A DNA stretch of 64,000 nt, from the NCBI GenBank assembly GCA_013265495.1, contig MU057809.1:1541062-1605061 (forward strand), read 5' to 3'. Made by a program: the position numbers and the translations under genes. Origin of the DNA: Vicugna vicugna (lineage: Eukaryota). Positions 10,992 to 21,200 of the stretch are shown here, piece by piece (position 1 is the first letter of the stretch; every line of letters begins with the position of its first letter). Under the pieces are notes generated by a model. The model saw nothing but the letters and a program-made list of their open reading frames with translations. It had not been told where the DNA came from and made no database searches.

Positions 10992-13900
10992 CAGAGGTGT
11001 TACAGCTGTGCGCTGCTGGGGCTCAGTCCTCCTGGCGCTCCTTCAGGAGCCTGTGTGGAAGGTGCCTCAGAGCCATCCCCCCTTCGGTGAGGGGACGGGG
11101 TGGCCCCCCCACCACCCAGCGGAGCCAGCTCAGCCCCGCCTGGGGGCTCGGTGGACTTCTCCTCTCAGTTTCGCATTCATCAGCCTGTGGTGCTGGCTGG
11201 ACGGGGAGGAGTACTTACAGCACAGACACTGGGGAACCTTATGAATCAGGGCTTTTACTTTTTCCTTCCATTTACCAGCTCATCACTCTGCTCCTGCCCC
11301 TCCTTGGTTGGGGGGGGCAGTGGTCGCTGTGGGCAAGCTAACTCCAGCCCCTGGCCTGCCCTCGAGTTGGCTGGGCATGCTCCCGGCGGGGCACTGGAGG
11401 GGCTGGGTGCAAAGTGCCCACAGGGGGATCTCTGGGTGGGGCTACGGGGCCAGGCTGGGGGACACCTGGCCTCCCAGGGGAACAGTCAGCCCGGGTCTCC
11501 CTCCCCGAGGCCTGATTTGCCCACAGGCGTGAGCACCCGCTGCTGCTCATGGAGCCCAAGCCATGCTGGCAGGTGTGGCCAAAGGGCAGAGGGCATTATT
11601 AGAAAAGAGAGACCATGTGATTGACAGCAGCGGCGGCCAGGGCAGCGGGGCTTGTGGGCAGCGGGAAGATGGAAGTGTGCTGGCAGGATGCTAACAGCAT
11701 GAGGGATCGGCGTTTCATTGAGACAGTGCGCTGGAGTCCACGCTGGCTGGGATGGAATAGCCCACCCCTGCACGCAGAAAGGCAGAAATAAATCAGGCTT
11801 TACTGCACGCATGGTGGCAGGGAGTTAATTAGGGATGGGAAAAATACATTTCAACTCACAAAGAAGCCCAGTGAAGAACGTCTCTTCCCCACCAGGAGTT
11901 GTCACTCAGGGGAGAGCCTGCAGTCCGCCCCTCCCGCTGAAGGACACTCAGGACCCTGGAGGACGTCAGAGCCCCGGTGGGAGAGGGTGGGACTGCCCTG
12001 CACCCAGCCTGGCTCGTCCTGGCCGTTCCCCTGCTAGAGGGTTCTCGGGGTTCTGAGCCTCCAGGCTGGGGACCAGGTCTCCAGGATTATCTGGCGGAGG
12101 AGCTGGTACTGTGAGTCACACTCTTTGCTCAGTGACGTTCATGGAGGGGAGTTTGCCCTGAATCTCCCGTGTCCCCCTTGCTGCTCCCCCACCAGCCTGC
12201 CGGCCTCTCAGTGTCCCCCCCACCACCGCCCCCACCCCAGGCCTGTTCTGCACCCTGCCTTTGCTCGTGCAGTACCCCCCCCACCCCACTGGGAATGCCC
12301 TCCTCACTGTCTCTAACGCCTGCCCATTGTTCAGAGCCTAGTAGCTCATTTCTAGCTTGTCATTTACCAAACCCCTGCTCTGTGCTGGGTGCCTGCAGGA
12401 GGATCTAGAATCCAAGCCCTTGCCCTCAGGAAGCTCACAGCTTAGAGCCGTCTGGATCAGGTGGCGCCCATAGGACAGGCTGAGCGCGGGCGGGAGAAAG
12501 TTCAGGGGCTGTGGGCACCAGAGGAAGGGAGCCAGCCTGCTTTGTGGTGGGGGATGAAGGCATGGGGAGCAGGGAGCCTCTGGGGGCAAAAACACCTGAT
12601 GGATGTGTGTGATAGTCAGCTTCAGCCACAGCTATGCTGCAGTAACAAACACGCTCAGATCTCTCCTGGTCACACTGGTTGGCCAAGGGTCCACGTGTCT
12701 CTTGGGCAGGTGCCTTTCGGGTACTGACTGGGCAGCTGCCATGTCTACCAGCCCCCTGCCCTGCCCCCTCCCCCAGCAGGAGCTGGTCTGCGAAGGGGAA
12801 GGGCTGGGGGAGCCCCAGAGGGCTCTGTGCTGGACAGGGATGTGCATGCAGAGACCCCTCAGGCTGCAGAGAGGACAGTAGGCCCGGGGGAGCCGGAGTG
12901 GGCAGGAGGAGACCCTTGCTGTGTCTCGCGGGAGGTGGTGGTGGACCCGGCTCAGGGTGGGAGCCATGGTGGAGAAAGAGGGGCTGTGTGTGGCACCCCC
13001 ACCTCGAGCCCTCCTCTCAGCACGCCTGCGCTGTGGGCCCTTGTGGCTGAACCGCCGCCCAGGCTGTCACGGGCTCGCCCTGGGTCCCTGACTTGGCTCT
13101 GCTTCTCTTCTGAGCCGTGAGTCCCTGGAGGGCAGAGATCCTGCCTGGAAACTGCAGTGCTCAGGAACGCAAAAGAGGCTTTCATAAATACAGGCTCTCA
13201 AAACAGAAAGATGTGAAACGGGGAAGGACCCCCGCCCCACCGAGAGGGCCTGCCGTGCTCCAGGGCCTCCCTGAAGCGGTGGGAATCACTGGCCCAGTTC
13301 CCAGAGGCCGGGGGCAGAAGCGGAAGCCTGGCTGGGACAGCCGGAGCAGGAACGATGACTCGGGACCCATAGCACCTCTGAACAAGTTTGGGAGAGGCTG
13401 CCTCAGGGCTGCGCTTTGCATGAGTCCCGCTTCTCGTTTCTCCCTGCTTGGTGCTTCCAGCTCCGGTCCAGCCCCACATCCGTCCCCAGGTCAGCATCCC
13501 CTCCCCCAAGGCCAGCCAAGGAGGTCAGAGGACAGGGAGGCTGGCTGGGCACCCCAGTCCTTGTGGGAGGTGCCCATGGGGTCCCAGCAGGGCGGCTGGG
13601 GGGGCACTAACCCGGAGCCCTCCTCCTATGGATCCACATGAACATCTGATGCCCAGACAGGGGTGTGGAAACTTTAGGTCCAGCCAGACGTTCTGCGGGT
13701 GGGAACGTGGGCCTGGAGAGAAGCTTTGCGGGTTCATCTTCACGGAAGCGTTCTGTGCTCGTTGCAGCACCCAGCTCCGTGCCAGGCGGGAAGTGAGCCG
13801 TACTCCGCCAATCCCTAAGCCCGGAGATGAGCCCTGTCGGCTTGTGGAGTCTCCACCCCCGGCCTTCTCCGTGCACGCGCGAGCCTGCATACTCAAATGT

Positions 13901-16692
13901 GCGCCGTACGTGCCTGGCACACGCATTACACACAGTTTTAGAGTTTGCTGCTTCCACGTGCCAGTGTATCTTTGCCCGTCAGGACCCACGGGGCTGCCTT
14001 GTTCATTTCATGGGCCCAGAATTCGTGGGTCTCCTCACTTTGCTCTGTGGCCTACTGAATTGTTCTTTTCTTTCTGACTTTGGGCAATTACAAGTCACGC
14101 TACAGTGGGCACCCTGGACACGATCAGTGTGCCTCAGGCAAGTGTTTTGATGGCGCAGAGGCTGAGTCGGTTGGCTGGGCTGTGGCTCAGCAGTGAGCTC
14201 TGCTGTTAGCCAGCCCGGGGCTGGGGCCCCAGTCTCCCTGGCAGGTCACGTAACTCTGTGCCTCGGCTTGCTGATCTGAGAAATGGGATTCCAAGCCCTC
14301 CCGTACGGGATGAGAGGGGTGAGTGTCCAGCAGGATGTCAGCACCCACGTAGGTTGGGCTCTCTGATTCGGGGTCTCTGCCTGGGCGTGGGTGGCCCGGG
14401 CCAGGGTCCAGGCTCCCGGCCCCCACCCAGGCCTGGCCGGCTGGAGGACAATGCCCAGCTCCGAGAGAGCAGCGGGCCCTTCCCTGGCTGTCAGGGCGTG
14501 AGGATTAGATGCAGAATAATGCAGTCCCCGATCAAACCTGCAGCTGTAACTCAGGCCCCAGACGCTGCCAGCGCCATAAATTTGGGCGGAAAGTGCAGCT
14601 CTAGCAGTTTGTGAACAAGAGCGGGGGAGGCCGAGTGAATTACAGCTGAGGAGGAAGCGAGGCCCCCTGCCCGGCATTGTTAGCCAGAGCCAGGGATTGA
14701 TTGCTCACTGGCTTAATGAAATTGAATTTTAATTTATATCCCAGCCCCCGGTGGGGTGTGGAGGGCGTGCCTGCTCAGAAGTGGGCTCAGCCCCAGGATG
14801 GGGGCTCCTTTGTGGAGGGGGGGCTGCCCCAAATCCTACAGGAGGCAATGATGGGTGTCCCAGGGTGGGATCTGCTCCCCAAAGTTTCAAAGTCTTGCCA
14901 GCGGGGGGCTTTGGACAAGTTGTGGGACCTCCCTGAGCCTCGTCACCTCCCCTAAATTGGGCCATCGTGGAAACCTCCAGCGGTGAACAGAGGGGCCCTA
15001 TGCTGCCCCCGCGTAGGCACCAGAAGCCCCGCCAGGTGCTGGGACCAGGTTGGGACGAGAAGTTGGAGGAGGGGAGGGTCAGTGATTCCGGGGGCTCTCT
15101 GGGAGTCCCCAGCTCACCTGCCAGGTGTCCAGAAGTGACGCTTTCAGACCTGCTGCTGCTGATCGCCACACCAACGCGGTGTTTTCGAAGTCCTGCCAAG
15201 GGCAGGGGCACTCTCCCCGGGGGATCCGTGTGGCACCGACCCCTCTGCTGTGCACACACGTCACACACGTGCTCTCGGGGCTGCATCGCGGAGCCAGCAC
15301 TTCAGGCGGGACCGGCCTGGTGGCAGCTCCCAGCAGCAAGCTTCCCGCCCCGGGAAAGCGTCTCCCACCTGAGCCTCAGTTCCCCTCCATCCGCTGGAGG
15401 TGGTGAGAGTCCCTTCAGCCCAGGGTGTCTGGGGGTTGGGGGGGTGGCGTTTCTAAGCATCTGGCCCACAGCGGAGGCCACGTTTTCAATGGCGAGTCCT
15501 CAGACGCTGCTCCTGTCTCACTGGACACCATTGTGGGTGGTGGGGTCGAGCGCCACCAGCACCCACCCTTGCGGCCAAGGTAGAACGAGGGTCTTTTTGG
15601 GGCGTGGTGAGAAGGGACTTCACAGAGCATCATCCCGGGAGACTGGGTCGTCCCTGCTGGGGGCAGGGCCAAAGGGCCAGCCCCTTTGCTGAGGCCAGAC
15701 AGAGGGGCAGAGCTAGGGGAGCTAGGAGGGGCTAGGCCTCACCCTGACCGGCCTGGGAGGCCAGAGCAAGGTGCACATCTTTCTCTGCCTCTCCCACTCT
15801 GTGCCCCTCCCTACCTTGTGCCCTGCTGGTGGCCCATTGCGGCACCCACGAGGCCAGTCCTGCTTGCAGCACCCCCTGCAGACCTCGGGGCCAGTGGAGG
15901 GGCCTGGAGGCAGTGCTGCCTTCCTCAGTGAGCTGGGAGGGGCTGGTGAGGCTGCGGCTGATGAGCGAGACATAAATCACTGGCTTCAGGTGGAAACTAT
16001 TGTCTGCTGGCTGGATCTGTCAAGTTTAGATTCATTGGTCCCTTGGTTTAAATGCAGGTGTGCGCATGGCGGGGGCGGTGGGGGGGAATCCCCAGACTGT
16101 GCTAAGGCACCTTTAAAAACCAGTAGAAACCAGATCCTACCTTTGATTTTACAGATGGCGACATACAGGCCCAGAGGGGAACAGGCACTTGCCTGAGGTC
16201 ACACAGCAAGTGAGTGGGAGAGTTGGGGCCAGCCCGGGCCACCGGGGCTGGGCCTGGGTGTGGCACCATCAGGCCTGTGGGTCCCATGGAGTGACAGGGA
16301 CGGGAGAGAGGCAGGCTGTTCCCATGCCAGCAGGCAGAAAGGCGGCCGGGCGTCCTAAACTTCCTTTCCTCTTCCAGACTTCCAGTTCCACCCTCGCAAT
16401 CTCTGGTGCCTGGATGGATCCTTGGGATGCAGAACAAGACACCCATCCTCTGCGCGGCCACAGCCAGTGGGGAGCAGCCGCACGGAGAGCGTCAGCCCCA
16501 CTCGGGCCCTGGAAGGGCCCAAAGGGCGTGGATCAGCACTGTTGCACCATCCCGACCCCTGGCTGCATCTTTTTTGAAGTTGTCACCTGGATAAAAGGAA
16601 ACTTTGCATTGCTGTGATTTGTGGGAAACCAGCATTGTTTGCCAAAAAAAGACAGTAACATAAAACAAATGTCTCCAACATATCTTACAGTA

Positions 16693-16778
16693 TTTTTTTT
16701 TAAATGGAAGTAAAGGGGATTGAACCTAGGACCTTGTGCATGCTAAGCACGTGCTCTGCCACTGAGCTATATCCTCCC
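16693..16778 (-). mobile_element. tRNA-Ala-derived SINE (Vic-1 type)
   Basis: Reverse complement reads GGGAGGATATAGCTCAGTGGCAGAGCACGTGCTTAGCATGCACAAGGTCCTAGGTTCAATCCCC...TTCCATTTAAAAAAAAA. Confidence 0.85.
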
Positions 16779-18289
16779 TCATCTTGTAGGGTTACATTAT
16801 ACTGTGTATCACATATACAATATATGTAACTGCGTATATTTATTATTTGTATAAGTCACCTGTATATGCCATGTATTTTATACTATTAAAAAAAGTCCAC
16901 ATACCTCCTCAAGTCACTTGCCTGTTACATGCTGGAGACTCCCTGGTCTGGCCCGTGGCTCGGTTCTCTGGGGTCAAGGTCTTGTGGCGGCCCAGGATGC
17001 TGCTAGGACATGCGCAGCTCAAGTGCAGGCAAATCTGCTCACAACTGAGCAGCTGGCTCTGCTGGGGTTGGGGCGGGAGGGAGGACCCTGAGTTTGGAAG
17101 GGGACAGTCTGGCCCAGGTCAGGGCTGGCGGGTGCTGTGGGGTCGGGTGCTGGCTGAAGGCGAGGGGGACGGTGGGGGCTGGGCGTCGCACGGGCACCCG
17201 GTTCCGGGCTGGGTGCCTTGCCTCCATCCTCCCAGCAGCTCTTGGAGGGGTTTTAATGTCCCCACTGCATTTTAGTGTCTTCTCCTGAAATAAGTCAAAC
17301 ATACAGAAAGCTGTGTGCCCGCGTTCCAGCTTCCTGGGGTTCGAGGGTTCCCTGCGCAGGTGGTTTCCTGGGATCTTATGAAAGAACTAGACTGTGACAG
17401 ACATGGCTGAGGCCCGTCTCCCCAGGTACCTGACCCCATCCTTTCCCCTCTCTCCCTCCCGAGAAGGAGTTGCATTCCCCACTGATTATCTACCTCTCAG
17501 CTGCACGAAAGTATATTGTTGCTGCAAACGTATGTAGCCATAAATGATAGATGTGGTGTGGCGTTCCAATTTCATACAGACCCATGTCCCTTTTCGGTTG
17601 GAAACACGGGGACAGCTGTTCAAGTTCAAGTTCACACCAACGTGAGGGGTCAGCCAGGCTCAAACGCTGTTCCTGGGCCCTCAGGAATCACAGGGGGGCC
17701 CTGGAGACAAATTTCTCCTCCACATGGGCCACCGTGGGCCAGCGATGGGGGGCGCTGGATTTGCAGGGGTGACTTTTAGGATCTGGGACCTCTGGGGCTG
17801 AAGCAGCCACGAAGAGCCTGCCCTTTGGGCTCTGTTTCCCAGGAGAGAGCCCTGCTCCAGGAGCCGGTGCTGGCAGCCTGCAGCCCTGGGGGTGACTGGA
17901 GGAGGCCCCTTCTCTGCAGGTCCAGGGAAAGCTTAGAGGTTTACGTCACCAAGGGTTGCGGGGGTCTAGGTTGGGGGAACGGGGTCCCAATCACCCCTCC
18001 TTGTCCCTCTGATGGAAAGGTGGGTCAGCGGGCCTGAGGGAGAGGGTCTGCTGGGGGCAGTGCAGGGCTTGCCAAGTTGGCAGCAGCCTGTTTGGGAGAA
18101 TTTGAGGAAGGTGGGCTGCATTTGGAGCAGATGGCAGTCACAGCCTGGAGAAAATTGAGCCACCAGTGGGGCTGGGGTGATGGAGCTAAGTCGGGGTGGG
18201 GTCGCCAAGCACCTGTGTGACCTGTGACTGAGGGCCCAGCACCCAAGTGTGCTCCACCACAGACCTGACACCCCACACCCCAGCATGAG

Positions 18290-18496
18290 CAGACACGTGT
18301 GTGCACACACCTACATGCATGTGGGCACACCCACCCCAAACACACGTGCACGTGTGTACGCGAGCACAGAAACACACAGTGCTCACATGCGCAACCCAAA
18401 CACGCAAACACGGACGCATACCCAATACGCATGCATGCGCATGCACATAGCGTGTGCACACACGCACACCCGCACACGTGCACACACAGGCACAGC
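18290..18496. repeat. Degenerate (CA/TG/CG) alternating purine-pyrimidine tract
   Basis: cacgtgtgtgcacacac...gcatgcgcatgcaca...cacacgcacac visible directly. Confidence 0.8.
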
Positions 18497-18583
18497 GCAC
18501 TAGGGGGTGCTAGAGGTCTTCCCAGCCTGGAAGCTCATTTGCTGAAATTGATGCAGGCTCGCGTGTGCGCGCACCCACAATCC

Positions 18584-18644
18584 AAAAAAAAAAAAAAAGA
18601 GAAAGAAAAAAAGAAAAGAAAAAAAAGAAGAAAAAAAAAGAAAA
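18584..18644. repeat. A-rich polypurine tract
   Basis: About 60 nt containing only A and G. Confidence 0.95.
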
Positions 18645-19728
18645 TCTCTAAAAACATAGAGCAGTTGACGGTAATTCAAGCAGACGACGGCTGTAAATCC
18701 TAGAGGCTGATGATAATGAAGTAAGAACGGAGCTGTGCCAGATTAACGGGGATACTTGGCGCAGCAGGCCTCCCCGGGATCTCTCCCGGAGCGGACCCCG
18801 CTCCCCGCCGGCCCCGCCTCCGGGTGTGGGCAGCCGGGCTCCTCCTTCCCTGCCCCCTCCCAGCGTCTCTCAGCACCTCTGAGAGCTGGTGGGAGGGGTG
18901 CGCTGGGGGATCGGGAATCGCATTTCCCACGGCAGTGTCCCCTGGGTCGCAGCTGGCGTCCTGCCTCCCACAGGTGACCCGAAATGCAGCAGGAAACTGG
19001 ATCCGCGGTGGGATTCCAGGCTGACGTCCCCAGCCCGGCCCGGCCCGGCCCGGCCCAGGGCGATACAGTCCAGGCCGCGCCCAGCCCCTCGTCCTCCTCA
19101 CGGAGCGCTCTTACCTGACCCTTGCCTGGTGCAGGGGCCACGGTGAGTGTCCAGGTAGCTGTTTATGTAACGCTGTCAGGGCTCCCAGGATAGGGGAAGA
19201 TGGGCTTTCTCGAGATGAGTTGGGCCAGGCCTCCTAGACTTAAACTTTGTCTGAAGTTCTGCCTTTCTTCCAGCAGAGGGGGCCCGGCTGGGAGCCCCCA
19301 GCCACGCTCAAGGTCAGACACACCCTCTTGTAAGGAGGCTGGTGGGGCCTCTGGCGCGGCACCTTGGAGACCGAGCATCCAGGGTGGGCCCTGGTCCCGG
19401 CCTCAGCTCTTCCCCACATGCCGGACCTTGTCTCTCCTCCCTGGCCCTGTCTCAGCAACACTTCCTGCCTGATCTAAACTTTGCTAGGTTTGGAGACCCA
19501 AGGGTGGACGGGACCCGGGAGGGGCTCTTGCAGGGTGGGGAGCAGCCGAGCCAACCCTGACTGCAAGCCCAGCGGGGAGGTGGACCGAGGGCCAGGTGGT
19601 GGTCAGCCCCGAGACCCAGGGACGGAGGTGGACATCTCTGAGAACATGTTTAGTGAGACCTGACTGTGTGCAGGCATGTGACTAAGTGACCGAGAAAGCA
19701 GGCCCTGCTCTGCTGGACTTCGCTCTCC

Positions 19729-20205
19729 ATGTCTGAGCTTCCTGTGGCCGTTGTCACAAATCCCCTCCCACCGCGTGGCTTAAAGACAACAGAAATGTGT
19801 TCTCTTTTGGTGCTGGGGGCCGGAAGTCTGGATCGAGCTGTTGGCAGGCCGCGCTCTCTGCGGAGGCTTTCGGGGAGGAACCTTGCTGCCTGTTCTGGCT
19901 CTGGTGGTCCCCAGGTTCCCCCTGCGGCTGCATCACTCCACCCCTGCCTCTGTCTTCACAGGGCCGCCTTCTGTCTGTCTCTGCATCCAAATCTCCCTCT
20001 CTTTTTCAAAGACACCAGTCATCGGATTAGAGCCCAACCTAACCCAGCACGACCTCACCTTCCTTTTTTTTTATATTCAGGGAAATTCTCAGATGTATAA
20101 AAATTGTGGTTATGGGAGTTGTACAACTTGGTGTTTTGATAGATGCTCATGAAAAGATTGCCACGATCAAGTTAAGTAACTGATCCATCACCTTGCATGG
20201 CCACT

Positions 20206-20239
<34 letters not shown>

Positions 20240-20489
20240 GTGGGGACACTTAATTTAACACCTGTCTTCTTAGTAAACTCACATACACAACACAGCATGG
20301 TTAACCACCATCACTGTGCCCGACGCGACTTCCCAGAACTCATACATCTTGCAAGACTGAAACTTTGTACCTCATCTTAACCCGATTACACCCGCAAAGA
20401 CCCTATTTCCAAATAAGGTCAGCTTCACCGGTGCTGGGGGTAAGGTCTTCAACCTGCTTGGGGGGGTTGTGGGCGGTGCAGCCCCAGCA
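19729..20489 (-). mobile_element. MLT1 (MaLR) solo LTR interrupted by an L1 fragment
   Basis: gtcacaaat...tggcttaaagacaacagaaatg; ggattagagcccaacctaacccag...acctcatcttaac...gaccctatttccaaataaggtc. Confidence 0.8.
20062..20368 (-). mobile_element. L1MA-like 3' end with internal (TG)n, nested in MLT1
   Basis: Poly-T followed by tattcagggaaattc...acgatcaagttaagtaac...ttcccagaactcatacatcttgcaagactgaaactttgtacc. Confidence 0.7.
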
Positions 20490-20739
20490 GAGGGAGCAGC
20501 AGCTGTGCAGGCCTCAGACAGGAAGAGTTTGGGGGACCCAGGGGGGCAGGTCCAGCATGGCTGGCTGTGGGGAGCAGGAGGAAGAAGGTACCGGCAGGGC
20601 CGGATGGGGCCAAGGTCAGTCACTGTCATCAGCATCCGCATCTCGCAGTGGGAAGGTCTAAAGGGTGCGAGGGATGTGATCCAGTCGTGTCCCAGGAAGG
20701 CCCCCCCAGCCCCCCGTCAGGGGTTCTGCACTTGGGTCC

Positions 20740-21200
20740 GTGCACAGAAGCCCGGGGACCTGTGAGTTTTGACTGGAAGAACGACGTCTTCGTTTTCTCC
20801 AGCCTCTAACTGAAAGTCAGCGTTGCCTTCCGTGGGCTGTGGGTGCGGCCCTGGGGAGCTGGTCACCCGCAGAAGCCCGGCCGTCGCTGCGTCTCCTGCC
20901 GCGGTTCCAGGCGACTCGAAATACCGGCACGCTCTTCACAACTCTGGAAGGGTGACAGCGGCGGGCCCCGCCCCGGCTCTCCTGCTGAATTTCGTTATTT
21001 AGCGCGTTCGCCGCAAAGCATGTAAATGACCAGATTACGGGCTCGCTCTTTAAATATTTTGATGACTGTATTTCAGCAGTTTACTTTTGCAATCCTGTTA
21101 TATTTTATGCATTTAAAAATGCTATTTTGAGAAGGAAGGAGTCTCTGGGCTTTCAGAGGCCCAAGGGGTTCATGGCACAAAAATGGATGAGGATCGCTGC
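20740..21200. mobile_element. hAT-Charlie-type DNA transposon fossil (family uncertain), copy 1
   Basis: ctctaactgaaag...tttaaatattttgatgactgtatttc...gcaatcctg...atgcattt...gagaagg; similar in inverted orientation to 56845-57332. Confidence 0.6.

Noticed and set aside
18299..18703. ORF with His/Thr repeats and a poly-Lys stretch
   Set aside because: Translation of the CA-rich and A-rich simple repeats.
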